This document shows positions 8,113 through 20,286 of a stretch of 32,000 nt of DNA, piece after piece (position 1 is the stretch's first letter; each line of letters begins with the position of its first letter). The DNA is from Nitrosospira multiformis ATCC 25196 (lineage in GTDB: Bacteria > Pseudomonadota > Gammaproteobacteria > Burkholderiales > Nitrosomonadaceae): positions 870,001-902,000 of the forward strand of contig NC_007614.1 in assembly GCF_000196355.1 (NCBI RefSeq). The letters run 5' to 3'. The position numbers and the translations under genes are program-made. Under the pieces are notes generated by a model. The model was not told where the DNA came from and did no database searches. It worked only from the letters and a program-made list of their open reading frames with translations.

Positions 8113-8805
8113 ATGGCGCGCCTTTCCAAACGCCTCAAGGCGATCTCGGAAAAAGTGGATCGCACGAAATATTACCCGTTGCAGGATGCGCTCAATCTGG
8201 TCAGGGAAACAGCGATCGCGAAATTCGACGAATCCATCGATGTGGCGGTCAATCTTGGGATAGACGCAAAAAAATCTGACCAGGCAGTGCGTGGGTCCGT
8301 GGTGTTGCCTGCGGGTACGGGAAAGACCGTGCGGGTGGCCGTATTTGCGCAGGGTGACAAGGCCCGGGAAGCGGCGGCAGCGGGGGCCGATATTGTTGGC
8401 TTTGAAGATCTCGCCGAGCAGATCAAGGCGGGCAATATCGAATTCGATGTGGCTATCGCCAGTCCCGATGCAATGCGTGTTGTAGGACAACTGGGACAGA
8501 TACTCGGTCCGCGTGGCTTGATGCCCAATCCCAAGGTGGGAACGGTAACGCCGGATGTGGCCGGTGCGGTAAAAAACGCGAAAGCCGGTCAAGTGCAGTA
8601 TCGTGCCGATAAAGGAGGCATCGTCCAATGCACCATCGGACGCGCCTCGTTCACGGTGGATGCCCTGACCCAAAACATGATGGCGCTGATCGATGCGCTC
8701 AATAAATCCAAGCCTGCCGCATCCAAGGGCATCTATCTAAGGAAGATATCAGTCTCGAGCACAATGGGAATAGGTGTGCGCGTGGATCAGACAAGCATGC
8801 GATAG
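8113..8805 (+). CDS. rplA: 50S ribosomal protein L1
   Basis: 230 aa. [30 protein letters not shown]...[22 protein letters not shown]. Follows rplK by 1 nt. Confidence 0.96.
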   Translation: MARLSKRLKAISEKVDRTKYYPLQDALNLVRETAIAKFDESIDVAVNLGIDAKKSDQAVRGSVVLPAGTGKTVRVAVFAQGDKAREAAAAGADIVGFEDLAEQIKAGNIEFDVAIASPDAMRVVGQLGQILGPRGLMPNPKVGTVTPDVAGAVKNAKAGQVQYRADKGGIVQCTIGRASFTVDALTQNMMALIDALNKSKPAASKGIYLRKISVSSTMGIGVRVDQTSMR

Positions 8806-9228
8806 GTGCGTGTACTGGATTCCCGTTTTAAGTATTGTAAGACTTTGGGCCGTCGGGAGGGCGCAGGGCGCTTTTCCGGCGGGTTATCAAAGACCGCTGG
8901 GGTATTGGCATGGCAGGCGAAGTGGATTCGCCAATTTATTGCTCAGTTTGTTGTTGAGTGAGCCATTGTCCGAGACTTAATCTGCATGGTGAAGGGTCTA
9001 TACCCGGTTTTCTGTGCCGGGTTGCATTTCCCATATTTCCCCGGCTACCCAGCGCAGATGGCGTGCCCAGAAACAGGAAAAGATTCCACTCCTGATTTAA
9101 GGTCGCCGGTTTCGCGGTGTGAGATCAGGTATGAAGGAGGGGGTCAGAATCCCGGGTCAACCCGAGGTTAAGCCTCCCAAGCCAGCATACCACACTTATT
9201 GCCGCATTTTAACTGATGGAGAAGTACC
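8806..9228 (+). promoter_or_regulatory. Long rplJ-rplL 5' leader (candidate L10-L12 autoregulatory leader and internal promoter region)
   Basis: 423-nt non-coding gap containing only SD-less 61-68 aa ORFs. Its position corresponds to the long structured rplJ leader known in E. coli. I did not derive the fold by eye beyond local helices (GGAGG 9136-9140 with CCTCC 9173-9177). Confidence 0.4.
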
Positions 9229-9753
9229 TTGAGTCTAAATTTAGATGAGAAAAAAGCGGTGGTCGCTGAAGTCAGCGCGCAGGTAGCCAAAGCGCAGGCC
9301 ATCATCATCGCGGAGTACCGCGGACTTGGGGTCGGCCACATGACGCAGCTGCGGGCGAAGGCGCGGCAGTCGGGGATATATTTCCGGGTGCTTAAAAATT
9401 CGCTGGCCCGCAGAGCGGTTTCGGACACCCCGTTTTCCGGATTGTCCGAGCATATGGTCGGGCCTCTCGCTTATGGCATCGGTAGCGATCCGGTTGCGGC
9501 TGCGAAGGTGCTGCACGAGTTTTCGAAGGGTAACGACAAACTCGTGATCAAGGCTGGCGCCATGGCGAATCATGTCATTTCCAGCAGTGAGATTGCCAGT
9601 CTGGCCTCTCTGCCAAGCCGCGAGGAGCTTCTTGCCAAGCTGCTGGGCACGATGCAGGCGCCCGTGGCCAATTTTGTGCGGACCTTGAATGAAGTTCCCG
9701 CGCGTTTTGTTCGTGGCCTCGCCGCTGTTCGCGACCAGAAAGAAAGCGCTTGA
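9229..9753 (+). CDS. rplJ: 50S ribosomal protein L10
   Basis: 174 aa, TTG start preceded by [51 protein letters not shown] is typical of L10. Confidence 0.93.
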   Translation: MSLNLDEKKAVVAEVSAQVAKAQAIIIAEYRGLGVGHMTQLRAKARQSGIYFRVLKNSLARRAVSDTPFSGLSEHMVGPLAYGIGSDPVAAAKVLHEFSKGNDKLVIKAGAMANHVISSSEIASLASLPSREELLAKLLGTMQAPVANFVRTLNEVPARFVRGLAAVRDQKESA

Positions 9754-9831
9754 TCCGGGACCCAATCACTTTGGGTCACTTTGGGATCGTTACACCATCA
9801 TAGTTATTGGATTAATTATCAGGAGAAAATC

Positions 9832-10212
9832 ATGGCTATAGCCAAAGCAGAAATTTTGGATGCGATTGCAAATATGACTGTGCTGGAGCTTTCCCAGCTC
9901 ATCAAGGAAATGGAAGAGAAGTTTGGTGTTTCCGCTGCCGCTGCCGCGGTTGTGGCAGCAGCGCCTGCAGCAGGCGCCGCTGCAGCCCCCGCAGAGGAAC
10001 AAACTGAATTTACCGTGATGCTGACTGCGGTGGGTGAAAGCAAGGTAAATGTGATCAAGGTGGTGCGTGCCGTTACCGGTCTTGGCTTGAAAGAAGCAAA
10101 AGATCTGGTGGACGGAGCCCCCAAGCCAGTGAAGGAAGGTATTGCCAAAGCGGATGCGGAAGCCATCCAGAAGCAGCTTGCTGAAGCCGGCGCTACTGCT
10201 GAAATCAAATAA
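9832..10212 (+). CDS. rplL: 50S ribosomal protein L7/L12
   Basis: [33 protein letters not shown], an Ala-rich hinge, and the C-terminal domain [41 protein letters not shown]. The ORF-track TTG 9781 is trimmed to ATG 9832. Confidence 0.96.
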   Translation: MAIAKAEILDAIANMTVLELSQLIKEMEEKFGVSAAAAAVVAAAPAAGAAAAPAEEQTEFTVMLTAVGESKVNVIKVVRAVTGLGLKEAKDLVDGAPKPVKEGIAKADAEAIQKQLAEAGATAEIK

Positions 10213-10231
10213 AAGAAAAACAGTAAGAAAA

Positions 10232-10272
10232 GCCGGCGGCATTACCCATGCCGCCGGTTCTGGCGTTTTTTG
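10232..10272 (+). terminator. rplL-rpoB intercistronic hairpin with T6 run (candidate attenuator/partial terminator)
   Basis: CCGGCGGCAT (10233-10242) pairs perfectly with ATGCCGCCGG (10248-10257), with a 5-nt loop. TTTTTT at 10266-10271 is separated from the stem by 8 nt. The position matches the known E. coli rplL-rpoB attenuator. Confidence 0.5.
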
Positions 10273-10379
10273 AATTTTGATGGCGTGTTTTGTGCGGCAG
10301 AACACCAAGCGCGCTGGCCAAAACAAGTACCCTGTTCTCTATTTTCTGTCAATCCATCTTCTGATCTTCCGGAGATTCC

Positions 10380-13300
10380 ATGAGTTATTCGTTTACCGAG
10401 AAAAAACGTATTCGTAAAAGTTTCGCCAAGCGTGCAAGCGTCTTGCCGATTCCCTTTCTTCTCGCTACGCAAATCGAATCTTACGCTGCTTTCCTGCAAG
10501 CCAACCTCGAACCTGACCAACGCGCTCCGGAGGGGTTGCAAGCCGCCTTCCTGTCGATCTTTCCGATCGAGAGTCATTCCAGGAATGCACGCCTCGATTT
10601 TGTCAATTACGTACTCGGTGCGCCTCCTTTCGATGTGAAGGAGTGTCAACAACGCGGCCTTACCTATGCTTCTCCCCTGCGGGCGAAGGTGCGCTTGACC
10701 ATTATGGATAAGGAGGCGTCCAAGCCGACTGTCAGGGAAGTGAAGGAGCAGGAGGTTTACATGGGCGAGATTCCGCTCATGACGAATACCGGCTCGTTTG
10801 TGATTAACGGCACCGAGCGCGTGATCGTGTCCCAGTTGCATCGTTCGCCCGGGGTATTTTTCGAGCATGACCGGGGTAAAACGCATTCATCCGGTAAATT
10901 GCTTTTTTCCGCACGTATCATTCCCTACCGCGGTTCCTGGCTTGATTTTGAGTTTGATCCCAAGGATTATCTCTATTTTCGGGTCGACAGGCGTCGCAAA
11001 ATGCCTATTACCGTGCTGCTGAAGGCCATTGGATACACACCCGAGCAGATCCTGGAGAATTTCTTTTCTTTTGACTCTTTCCATATCTCGCGGAAAAGTA
11101 TTCTTTTTGAACTGTTGCCGGAGCGTTTGCGGGGGGATACCGCGCGCTTCGATATCCTGTCGAAAAGCGGCAAGGTCATCGTCCAGAAGGACAAGCGCAT
11201 TACTGTGAAGCATGTGCGCGAAATGCAGCAGGCCGGCATAGACAGGCTTGAGGTGCCGGAAGATTTCCTGTTGGGGCGGGTGTTGGGCCACAACGTAGTG
11301 GATAAGGAAACGGGAGAAATTCTCGCCCTTGCCAATGATGAAATTACGGAAACCTTGCTTGGCAAGCTGCGGGATGCCAATGTAGAAGAGATCCGTACGA
11401 TTTATACCAATGATCTCGATCAGGGCGCATATATATCGCAAACGCTCAAGATAGACGAAACCGCAGATGAGATGGCCGCGCAGGTTGCTATTTACCGTAT
11501 GATGCGCCCGGGTGAACCTCCTACCGAGGAGGCAGTCAAAGCGCTCTTCATCGGATTGTTCTATGCCCCCGAACGCTATGACCTCTCAGTGGTAGGGCGA
11601 ATGAAATTCAACCGCCGGGTCGGTAAGACAGAGTTGGATGGCCCGACCACGCTATCCAACGAAGATATTATTGCAGTGATCAGAATTCTGGTGGAACTCC
11701 GTAACGGGCGTGGGGAGATTGATGATATCGATCACTTGGGTAACCGTCGGGTACGCTCCGTGGGTGAATTGGCAGAAAACCAGTTTCGCTCTGGCCTGGT
11801 GAGGGTCGAAAGAGCAGTAAAAGAGCGTCTGAGCCAAGCCGAATCAGAGAATCTGATGCCGCATGACCTGATCAATGCCAAGCCGGTATCCGCTGCGGTG
11901 CGTGAGTTCTTCGGTTCCAGTCAGTTATCGCAGTTCATGGACCAGACCAATCCGCTCTCTGAAATCACTCATAAACGTCGCGTGTCCGCGCTGGGGCCGG
12001 GTGGCCTCACGCGCGAGAGAGCGGGGTTTGAGGTACGTGACGTACACCCGACCCACTATGGGCGGGTATGTCCGATCGAAACGCCAGAAGGCCCCAACAT
12101 TGGTTTGATCAACTCGCTGGCGTTATATGCCCAGACCAATGAATACGGTTTCATGGAAACGCCTTATCGCAAGGTAACAGACGGTCTGGTCACTGACGAG
12201 ATTCATTTTCTTTCAGCCATTGAGGAGGGGCAGTATGTAATTGCCCAGGCAAACGCCGAACTGGATGGAGATGGCAGATTCACCAATGACATCGTTTCCT
12301 GCCGCCATAAGAACGAGTTTACTCTGGCGACCCCCGACCGGATTGAATACATGGACGTGGCGCCTGCCCAGATTGTCTCGGTGGCAGCCTCGCTGATTCC
12401 CTTCCTGGAGCATGATGACGCCAACCGGGCATTGATGGGTTCCAACATGCAGCGGCAGGCGGTGCCTTGTCTGCGCGCCGAGAAACCTCTGGTCGGAACG
12501 GGCATCGAGCGCGTCGTTGCCGTCGACTCCGGCACCGCGGTAAAGGCGGTGCGGGGCGGCGTGGTGGATTATGTTGACGCAAGCCGTATTGTGGTGCGGG
12601 TGCACGACATCGAGACGCGTGCGGGTGAAGTGGGCGTAGACATCTACAACCTCACAAAATATACGCGTTCAAACCAGAACACCAATATCAATCAGCGGCC
12701 ACTGGTGAAGGTGGGTGATGTGATCGCGCGCGGGGACGTGGTGGCGGACGGCGCTTCCACCGACAAGGGGGAACTCGCGCTGGGACAGAACATGCTGGTC
12801 GCGTTTATGCCGTGGACCGGTTACAACTTCGAGGATTCCATTCTCATTTCCGAGCGTATCGTGGCGAATGACCGCTTTACCTCCATTCATATCGAAGAAT
12901 TATCGGTGGTAAGCCGCGATACCAAGCTTGGAACCGAAGAAATTACCGGGGATATTTCAAACCTGTCGGAGGCGCAGCTAGGCCGTCTGGATGCTTCGGG
13001 CATCGTGCATATCGGCGCCGAGGTGGAAGCTGGTGATGTGCTGGTGGGCAAGGTGACGCCCAAGGGGGAAACCCAGCTTACGCCGGAAGAAAAACTGCTG
13101 CGTGCAATTTTTGGCGAGAAAGCTTCCGATGTGAAGGATACTTCCCTGCGAGTGCCATCCGGCATCTCCGGAACGGTGATCGATGTACAGGTCTTCACCC
13201 GGGAAGGCATTGAACGGGACAAGCGGGCGCAGCAAATCATTGACGATGAGCTGAAGCGGTATAAGAAAGATCTGGCCGATCAGATGCGGATCGTGGAGGC

Positions 13301-14453
13301 TGACGCATTTGTCCGGATCGAGCGCCTGCTCATCGGCAAGATTGCCACAGGCGGTCCCAAAAAGCTCGCCAAAGGTGCGACCCTCACCAAGGAATATCTG
13401 GAAAGCATTGACCCGCACCATTGGTTCGACATACGGCTGGCAGATGAAGGGGCGAGTGTACAGCTCGAACAGATTGAAGAGGGCTTGGCGCAAAAACGCA
13501 AGGCATTCGATGCAGCCTTCGAGGAAAAGAAAAAGAAGCTCACCCAAGGCGATGAGTTGCCTCCAGGCGTGCAGAAAATGGTCAAGGTATACGTCGCCGT
13601 GAAGCGTCGCCTTCAGCCGGGAGACAAAATGGCCGGCCGTCACGGCAATAAGGGGGTCATTTCGAAGATCGTGCCAGTGGAGGATATGCCTTATATGGCC
13701 GATGGCACTCCCGTGGATGTGGTGCTGAATCCGTTGGGCGTGCCGTCCCGCATGAACGTGGGGCAGATCCTGGAGACACATCTCGGCTGGGCGGCTAAAG
13801 GTCTGGGCCAGAAGATTGGTGATATGCTGCGTGCGGGCAAAGAGATCGTCGAGCTGCGAGCCTTTCTTGACAAGATATATAACACCAGTGGAAAACCGGA
13901 AGATATCGCCTCCTTGACCGACGGGGAGATCGCGGATCTGGCACAAAATCTCCAGGATGGAGTGCCCTTCGCCACACCGGTATTTGATGGCGCCACGGAG
14001 CAGGAAATCAAGGACATGCTTGAACTTGCCGGTTTACCGCGTTCAGGACAGGTGACCCTTCATGATGGCCGTACCGGGGAGGCCTTCGATCGTCCGGTTA
14101 CCGTCGGTTACATGCATGTGCTGAAGCTGCACCACCTGGTGGACGACAAGATGCACGCCCGTTCAACCGGTCCTTACAGCCTGGTTACCCAGCAGCCGCT
14201 CGGAGGCAAAGCCCAGTTCGGGGGCCAGCGTTTCGGAGAAATGGAGGTGTGGGCGCTCGAAGCGTACGGATCCGCCTATACGCTGCAGGAAATGCTGACA
14301 GTCAAATCGGACGATGTGAACGGGCGCACGAAAGTATACGAGAGCATTGTGAAGGGCGACCACAAGATCGATGCAGGCATGCCGGAATCCTTCAACGTGC
14401 TGGTGAAGGAAATCCGGTCCCTGGCCATGGATATCGACCTGGAGCGGCATTAG
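10380..14453 (+). CDS. rpoB: DNA-directed RNA polymerase subunit beta
   Basis: 1357 aa. [18 protein letters not shown]...[30 protein letters not shown]...[17 protein letters not shown]...[24 protein letters not shown]-type motifs. Confidence 0.98.
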   Translation: MSYSFTEKKRIRKSFAKRASVLPIPFLLATQIESYAAFLQANLEPDQRAPEGLQAAFLSIFPIESHSRNARLDFVNYVLGAPPFDVKECQQRGLTYASPLRAKVRLTIMDKEASKPTVREVKEQEVYMGEIPLMTNTGSFVINGTERVIVSQLHRSPGVFFEHDRGKTHSSGKLLFSARIIPYRGSWLDFEFDPKDYLYFRVDRRRKMPITVLLKAIGYTPEQILENFFSFDSFHISRKSILFELLPERLRGDTARFDILSKSGKVIVQKDKRITVKHVREMQQAGIDRLEVPEDFLLGRVLGHNVVDKETGEILALANDEITETLLGKLRDANVEEIRTIYTNDLDQGAYISQTLKIDETADEMAAQVAIYRMMRPGEPPTEEAVKALFIGLFYAPERYDLSVVGRMKFNRRVGKTELDGPTTLSNEDIIAVIRILVELRNGRGEIDDIDHLGNRRVRSVGELAENQFRSGLVRVERAVKERLSQAESENLMPHDLINAKPVSAAVREFFGSSQLSQFMDQTNPLSEITHKRRVSALGPGGLTRERAGFEVRDVHPTHYGRVCPIETPEGPNIGLINSLALYAQTNEYGFMETPYRKVTDGLVTDEIHFLSAIEEGQYVIAQANAELDGDGRFTNDIVSCRHKNEFTLATPDRIEYMDVAPAQIVSVAASLIPFLEHDDANRALMGSNMQRQAVPCLRAEKPLVGTGIERVVAVDSGTAVKAVRGGVVDYVDASRIVVRVHDIETRAGEVGVDIYNLTKYTRSNQNTNINQRPLVKVGDVIARGDVVADGASTDKGELALGQNMLVAFMPWTGYNFEDSILISERIVANDRFTSIHIEELSVVSRDTKLGTEEITGDISNLSEAQLGRLDASGIVHIGAEVEAGDVLVGKVTPKGETQLTPEEKLLRAIFGEKASDVKDTSLRVPSGISGTVIDVQVFTREGIERDKRAQQIIDDELKRYKKDLADQMRIVEADAFVRIERLLIGKIATGGPKKLAKGATLTKEYLESIDPHHWFDIRLADEGASVQLEQIEEGLAQKRKAFDAAFEEKKKKLTQGDELPPGVQKMVKVYVAVKRRLQPGDKMAGRHGNKGVISKIVPVEDMPYMADGTPVDVVLNPLGVPSRMNVGQILETHLGWAAKGLGQKIGDMLRAGKEIVELRAFLDKIYNTSGKPEDIASLTDGEIADLAQNLQDGVPFATPVFDGATEQEIKDMLELAGLPRSGQVTLHDGRTGEAFDRPVTVGYMHVLKLHHLVDDKMHARSTGPYSLVTQQPLGGKAQFGGQRFGEMEVWALEAYGSAYTLQEMLTVKSDDVNGRTKVYESIVKGDHKIDAGMPESFNVLVKEIRSLAMDIDLERH

Positions 14454-14560
14454 CAGTTTTTGTTTGGGGGTACGAGAATCAGATACCTTTTTGCTGCTTT
14501 TGCCTTTGCTTTTTCACCGGATAATTTTTTGCATAGACCCCTGATCAACAGGAGTGACAA

Positions 14561-17500
14561 ATGAAAGCACTGCTTGATTTATTCAAACAGGTTACCCAGA
14601 AAGAAGAGTTCGATTCTATCAAGATCGGGCTGGCTTCTCCCGAGAAAATACGTTCCTGGTCCTATGGTGAGGTGAAGAAGCCGGAAACCATCAATTATCG
14701 TACGTTCAAGCCCGAGCGAGACGGCTTGTTCTGCGCAAAAATCTTCGGTCCCGTAAAGGATTACGAGTGTCTTTGCGGGAAATACAAGCGTTTGAAGCAT
14801 CGCGGCGTGATCTGCGAGAAATGCGGTGTCGAGGTCACGTTATCCAAAGTGCGGCGCGAACGCATGGGCCATATCGAACTGGCATCCCCGGTGGCGCACA
14901 TCTGGTTCCTGAAATCATTGCCATCCCGATTGGGGATGGTGCTGGATATGACTTTGCGCGACATAGAGCGGGTGCTCTATTTCGAGGCGTATGTAGTAAC
15001 GGATCCGGGACTGACGCCTCTCCAGCGATGCCAGTTGCTGACGGATGACGATTACAGGGCCAAAACCGAAGAATACGGGGATGATTTCCGCGCCAGCATG
15101 GGTGCGGAAGGTATTCGTGATCTATTGAATACCCTGAATATTCGTGTGGAAATCGATGATCTTCGCCGCGAAATGGGAACGACCGGCTCCGAAACGAAGA
15201 TGAAGAAGATTTCCAAGCGTCTGAAAGTGTTGGAGGCATTCAGCAAATCCGGTATCAAACCGGAGTGGATGATCCTGGCCGTGCTGCCCGTACTGCCCCC
15301 CGAACTGCGCCCACTGGTGCCGCTGGATGGAGGACGTTTTGCAACTTCCGATCTCAACGATTTGTATCGCCGCGTCATCAACCGCAATAACCGGTTGAAA
15401 CGCTTGCTCGAACTGAAGGCACCGGAAATTATTGTGCGCAACGAGAAGCGCATGCTGCAGGAAGCAGTGGATTCACTACTGGATAACGGCCGTCGTGGTA
15501 AAGCCATGACGGGCGCCAACAAACGCCCGTTGAAATCGCTTGCGGATATGATCAAGGGCAAGGGCGGGCGTTTTCGCCAGAACCTGCTTGGAAAACGCGT
15601 GGATTATTCCGGACGGTCGGTCATCGTGGTGGGACCGCAGCTCAAGCTGCACCAGTGCGGTTTACCCAAGAAAATGGCCCTGGAATTATTCAAACCCTTT
15701 ATCTTCAACAAGCTGGAGATAATGGGTATCGCCAGCACCATAAAGGCTGCGAAACGTGAGGTCGAAAACGAAAGTCCGATCGTGTGGGACATTCTGGAAG
15801 ATGTCATTCGCGAGCACCCTGTAATGCTGAACCGGGCGCCAACTCTGCACCGGCTGGGTATTCAGGCGTTTGAGCCGGTCCTGATAGAAGGCAAAGCTAT
15901 CCAACTGCATCCGTTGGTATGCGCCGCATTCAATGCGGACTTTGACGGCGACCAGATGGCAGTCCATGTACCGCTTTCGCTGGAAGCGCAAATGGAGTGC
16001 CGCACGCTGATGATGTCGACCAACAACGTCTTGTCGCCCGCTAACGGCGAACCTATTATCGTGCCGTCACAGGACATCGTGCTGGGACTGTACTACACCA
16101 CGCGCGAGAAGGTTAATGCGCGGGGCGAGGGTATGTATTTCGCCAATATCAGCGAAGTTTCCCGTGCCTACGAGAATCGCGTTATCGAGCTGAATGCCCG
16201 GATTTTCGTAAGGATCCGCGAATACGAGCTTGCGGACGGAGAGCGGCGCGAGAAGATCACGCGTTATGAAACCACGGTAGGACGCGCATTATTGTCGGAG
16301 ATTCTCCCTGCCGGGCTGCCTTTCCCGCTGATCAACAAGGTACTCAAGAAAAAAGAAATCTCCAAGCTCATCAATGCAAGCTTCCGTCGTTGTGGCCTGC
16401 GCGAAACCGTGATTTTTGCCGATAAGCTGATGTATGCCGGTTTCAGCTATGCGACTCGGGCTGGGATTTCGATTTGCCTGGATGATATGCTTACCCCCGC
16501 GCAGAAGGATGCGATCATCAGTGCCTCCGAGAAGGAAGTGCAGGAGATCGAGCTTCAGTATACGTCCGGTCTTGTCACCCAGGGCGAACGTTACAACAAG
16601 GTCGTGGACATATGGGGCCGCGCAGGCGACCAGGTTGCCAAGGCGATGATGGATCAGCTCGGGGTCGAGCCGATCATCGATCCGGAAACCGGAACTGCTA
16701 AAACGGGCGAGTCAGGAAAACCCTTGATTCAGGAATCGTTCAATTCCATCTATATGATGGCGGATTCGGGGGCCCGCGGTTCTGCTGCCCAGATCCGTCA
16801 GTTGGCAGGTATGCGCGGGCTGATGGCCAAGCCGGATGGGTCAATCATCGAGACGCCCATCACGGCTAATTTCCGCGAGGGATTGAACGTTCTGCAGTAC
16901 TTTATTTCCACTCACGGTGCGCGCAAGGGTCTGGCCGATACGGCGCTGAAGACGGCCAATTCAGGCTATCTTACCCGCCGGCTTGTCGATGTGACGCAGG
17001 ATCTGGTTGTAACCCAGGAGGACTGTGGCACCAGCAACGGCGTGGTGATGAAGGCATTGGTCGAAGGTGGCGAAGTCATCGAAGCGTTGCGCGAGCGCAT
17101 TCTCGGCCGTGTGGTGGCCAACGATATTATCAATCCCGAGCATCAGGCGGTGATTTATCCGGCAGGTATGCTGTTGGATGAAAATGCAGTGGATACCATC
17201 GAGATGCTGGGTATAGATGAAGTGAAGGTTCGCACTCCGCTTACCTGTGAAACCCGCTATGGTCTATGTGCCAAATGTTATGGACGCGATCTGGGGCGCG
17301 GTACGCCGGTCAATGTTGGCGAAGCGGTGGGAGTGATCGCTGCCCAGTCGATCGGGGAGCCGGGTACCCAATTGACCATGCGTACTTTCCATATCGGGGG
17401 GGCGGCTTCCCGAACTGCGGTCGCAAGCCAGGTCGAGAGCAAATCCAACGGTATCGTGCGGTATTCACCGACTATGCGCTATGTGACCAATGCACGTAAC

Positions 17501-18787
17501 GAATTGATCGCGATTTCCCGCAGCGGCGAAGTCGTGATTCAGGATGATAACGGGCGTGAGCGGGAACGGCACAAGGCGCCGTACGGTGCGACCTTGCTGA
17601 TTCGTGACGGAGAAGTCGTGAAAGCGGGACAGGTACTGGCGGCATGGGATCCGCATACGCGTCCAATCATCACTGAATACTCTGGCAAGGTCCGCTTCGA
17701 GAACGTGGAAGAAGGTGTGACGGTGGCCAAGCAGATAGATGAGGTTACCGGTTTGTCCACGCTGGTGGTGATCGATCCGAAGCGCCGGGGAGTGGTGCAA
17801 ACGAAGGGATTGCGTCCGGTGGTGAAACTTCTGGATGAAGAGGGCAAGGAAGTGCGGCTGGCTGGCAGTAATTTGCCGGTTCACATCACCTTCCAGGTAG
17901 GCTCCATCATCACTGTTCGGGACGGGCAGCAGGTCAGCGTGGGTGAGGTTCTCGCGCGTATTCCACAGGAAAGCTCGAAAACGCGGGACATTACCGGTGG
18001 CTTGCCGCGCGTTGCGGAATTGTTTGAAGCGCGTTCCCCTAAGGATGCGGGCGTACTGGCAGAAGTTACCGGAATCGTATCCTTCGGCAAGGATACCAAG
18101 GGCAAGCAACGGCTGGTCATTACCGATCTGGATGGAGTGTCGCACGAATATCTGATTCCAAAGGACAAGCACGTGACTGCCCATGATGGGCAGGTGGTGA
18201 ACAAAGGAGAAAGTATCGTCGACGGCCCTGCTGATCCACATGATATTCTCCGTCTGCTGGGGGTGGAAGCGCTGGCGCGCTATATCACTGACGAGGTGCA
18301 GGATGTGTATCGCCTGCAGGGCGTCAAGATCAACGACAAGCACATCGAGGTGATAGTGCGTCAGATGCTGCGCCGTGTGCAGATCGTGGATTCCGGCGAT
18401 ACGCGCTTCATTCCGGGCGAACAGGTTGAACGCGCCGAAATGCTTGCGGAAAACGAACAGGTTGAACTAGAGGGCAAGAGGCCGGCAACCTATGAATATA
18501 TGCTGCTGGGGATCACCAAGGCTTCGCTGTCAACCGACTCGTTCATTTCGGCGGCATCGTTCCAGGAGACTACACGGGTGCTGACCGAAGCGGCTATCAT
18601 GGGCAAGAAGGATGATCTGCGCGGGCTGAAAGAAAACGTTATTGTGGGACGCCTTATTCCCGCAGGTACGGGTTTGACCTTTCACAATACGCGCAAGAGG
18701 CAGCGCCTCATGCTGGATACCGGGGAAGCACCTCCTTTGAGTGAGGAAGAGACAGGAGAAATTAGAAACAGTGGATACGCTGTCTGA
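14561..18787 (+). CDS. rpoC: DNA-directed RNA polymerase subunit beta prime
   Basis: 1408 aa. [10 protein letters not shown]..., the zinc-binding [20 protein letters not shown], the catalytic [14 protein letters not shown], and a trigger-loop/bridge-helix region. Confidence 0.98.
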   Translation: MKALLDLFKQVTQKEEFDSIKIGLASPEKIRSWSYGEVKKPETINYRTFKPERDGLFCAKIFGPVKDYECLCGKYKRLKHRGVICEKCGVEVTLSKVRRERMGHIELASPVAHIWFLKSLPSRLGMVLDMTLRDIERVLYFEAYVVTDPGLTPLQRCQLLTDDDYRAKTEEYGDDFRASMGAEGIRDLLNTLNIRVEIDDLRREMGTTGSETKMKKISKRLKVLEAFSKSGIKPEWMILAVLPVLPPELRPLVPLDGGRFATSDLNDLYRRVINRNNRLKRLLELKAPEIIVRNEKRMLQEAVDSLLDNGRRGKAMTGANKRPLKSLADMIKGKGGRFRQNLLGKRVDYSGRSVIVVGPQLKLHQCGLPKKMALELFKPFIFNKLEIMGIASTIKAAKREVENESPIVWDILEDVIREHPVMLNRAPTLHRLGIQAFEPVLIEGKAIQLHPLVCAAFNADFDGDQMAVHVPLSLEAQMECRTLMMSTNNVLSPANGEPIIVPSQDIVLGLYYTTREKVNARGEGMYFANISEVSRAYENRVIELNARIFVRIREYELADGERREKITRYETTVGRALLSEILPAGLPFPLINKVLKKKEISKLINASFRRCGLRETVIFADKLMYAGFSYATRAGISICLDDMLTPAQKDAIISASEKEVQEIELQYTSGLVTQGERYNKVVDIWGRAGDQVAKAMMDQLGVEPIIDPETGTAKTGESGKPLIQESFNSIYMMADSGARGSAAQIRQLAGMRGLMAKPDGSIIETPITANFREGLNVLQYFISTHGARKGLADTALKTANSGYLTRRLVDVTQDLVVTQEDCGTSNGVVMKALVEGGEVIEALRERILGRVVANDIINPEHQAVIYPAGMLLDENAVDTIEMLGIDEVKVRTPLTCETRYGLCAKCYGRDLGRGTPVNVGEAVGVIAAQSIGEPGTQLTMRTFHIGGAASRTAVASQVESKSNGIVRYSPTMRYVTNARNELIAISRSGEVVIQDDNGRERERHKAPYGATLLIRDGEVVKAGQVLAAWDPHTRPIITEYSGKVRFENVEEGVTVAKQIDEVTGLSTLVVIDPKRRGVVQTKGLRPVVKLLDEEGKEVRLAGSNLPVHITFQVGSIITVRDGQQVSVGEVLARIPQESSKTRDITGGLPRVAELFEARSPKDAGVLAEVTGIVSFGKDTKGKQRLVITDLDGVSHEYLIPKDKHVTAHDGQVVNKGESIVDGPADPHDILRLLGVEALARYITDEVQDVYRLQGVKINDKHIEVIVRQMLRRVQIVDSGDTRFIPGEQVERAEMLAENEQVELEGKRPATYEYMLLGITKASLSTDSFISAASFQETTRVLTEAAIMGKKDDLRGLKENVIVGRLIPAGTGLTFHNTRKRQRLMLDTGEAPPLSEEETGEIRNSGYAV

Positions 18788-18876
18788 AAACAGGCGGGGA
18801 AAGGGAAGCTTGCGAGCCTCATCCTGCTCCCCGGCAATGTTGGCATTTAACCTCGGGTGTCTGACGGACTCGAATC

Positions 18877-20286
18877 ATGCCCATCGATATTAATGCCATC
18901 ATTGCCGAAACTCGCGGCAAAAACTTCGAGCTTTACGAAGAGCATATAAATCCGGTCTTCGTCAAAGTACTGCGGACACTTGGATTCAACCGGACCTGGG
19001 TGAGAGGGGAGGGGGCTTATCTGTGGGATGAGGCAGGCACGCGCTATCTCGATTTTCTGACCAACTGGGGTGTATTCAATTTCGGGCGGCGGCATCCTGC
19101 TATCCGGAATGCACTGCAGCAGGTAATGGATTCCGAGTTTCCCGGATGGGTCGGTTTTGATGCTCCACCGCTTGCCGCGGTACTGGCGCGCGAACTGGTA
19201 AAGCGAATGCCACCAGGGCTGGATACCGTTTACTTCAGTAATTCCGGGACGGAAGCAATCGAAGCAGCAATCAAATTTGCACGTGGGTATACAGGTCGGC
19301 CCTCTACCGCGCATCTCGCCAAGGCATTTCACGGCTTGACCATGGGATCCTTGTCACTGAATGGGGAAGCAAGTTTTCGCAGGGGTTTTGAGCCAATGCT
19401 TCCCGGCAGTTCAGAAGTGAAAATGGGTGATCTGGCCGGACTGGAAGCGCGTCTGGCAAAGGGCGATGTCGCGGCCTTCGTCTTTGAGCCGATACAGGGT
19501 AAGGGTGTCAATATCGCCAGCGACGAGTATCTGCTGAGTGCACAGGAGTTGTGCCGAAAATACGGCACCTTGATGGTTTGCGATGAAATTCAATGTGGTA
19601 TGGGTCGCACTGGGCGTTTTCTGGCGAGTCAGTGGATTCCCGACTTCCGGCCAGACATCGTCTGTCTTTCCAAGGCGCTTTCCGGAGGCTATATTCCAGT
19701 CGGCGCGACGATTACCCGACGTGCCGTTTACGATAGTGTTTACGACAGTCTGCATCGTGCGATCGTTCACGCGTCCACTTTCGGGATGGGCAATATGGCG
19801 ATGGCCGCAGCTTTGGCTTCACTCAGCGTTCTGGACGATGAGAAGCTCATGGATCGGGCCATTGTACTCGGGGAGCGCTTCAGGAAAGGAATCGAGGCGA
19901 TGGTGCCGCGCTTTGAATTTCTCAAAGGGGTGCGGCAGCGCGGGCTCATGATTGCAATCGAGTTTGGTCAGCCGGAATCAATGTCGCTACGAGCCGCGTG
20001 GGCGATGGTCAACAAGATGGATGAAAACCTTTTTGCTCAGGCAATCGTTCTTCCGCTTCTTGACGATCATCACATTCTTACCCAGGTAGCAGGCCATGCT
20101 ATGCCTATTGTCAAAATTCTGCCGCCGCTGAATATTGACGAGAGCGATGTCGACTGGTTCCTCGCAGCCCTGGAGGATGTCATGATAAAATTGCACAAGT
20201 TCCCGGGCCCCGCCTGGGAAGTTTTGAAGAAGCTCGGCAATCATGCGCTGACTGCCAAAAAGCGCGAGGCGCGGGCAACGGCATGA
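18877..20286 (+). CDS. Class-III (fold type I) PLP-dependent aminotransferase, substrate unknown
   Basis: 469 aa. SNSGTEAIEAAIKFAR, DEIQCGMGRTGRF and the Schiff-base lysine context DIVCLSKALSGGYIPVGA are hallmarks of the ArgD/GabT/PatA-type family. No clear SD before the ATG. Confidence 0.85.
   Translation: MPIDINAIIAETRGKNFELYEEHINPVFVKVLRTLGFNRTWVRGEGAYLWDEAGTRYLDFLTNWGVFNFGRRHPAIRNALQQVMDSEFPGWVGFDAPPLAAVLARELVKRMPPGLDTVYFSNSGTEAIEAAIKFARGYTGRPSTAHLAKAFHGLTMGSLSLNGEASFRRGFEPMLPGSSEVKMGDLAGLEARLAKGDVAAFVFEPIQGKGVNIASDEYLLSAQELCRKYGTLMVCDEIQCGMGRTGRFLASQWIPDFRPDIVCLSKALSGGYIPVGATITRRAVYDSVYDSLHRAIVHASTFGMGNMAMAAALASLSVLDDEKLMDRAIVLGERFRKGIEAMVPRFEFLKGVRQRGLMIAIEFGQPESMSLRAAWAMVNKMDENLFAQAIVLPLLDDHHILTQVAGHAMPIVKILPPLNIDESDVDWFLAALEDVMIKLHKFPGPAWEVLKKLGNHALTAKKREARATA

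Noticed and set aside
8774-9171. Plus-strand ORFs of 68 and 61 aa within the rplA-rplJ gap.
   Set aside because: They have no Shine-Dalgarno and Trp/Cys/Pro-rich improbable composition. The region is better explained as the structured rplJ leader.
12978-13946. A 322-aa minus-strand ORF inside rpoB.
   Set aside because: It is antisense to one of the most conserved proteins known, and its composition is His/Leu/Arg-rich noise. The same reasoning applies to the other antisense ORFs listed within rpoB.
14488-14515. T-rich TTTGC-type tract (CTTTTTGCTGCTTTTGCCTTTGCTTTTTC) in the rpoB-rpoC spacer.
   Set aside because: It is a short pyrimidine-rich spacer with no stem in front of it. It most likely just provides an unstructured translation-initiation region for rpoC, and is not distinctive enough to pursue.
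17465-18343. A 292-aa minus-strand ORF inside rpoC.
   Set aside because: It is antisense to rpoC, with no motif and no independent translation signals.
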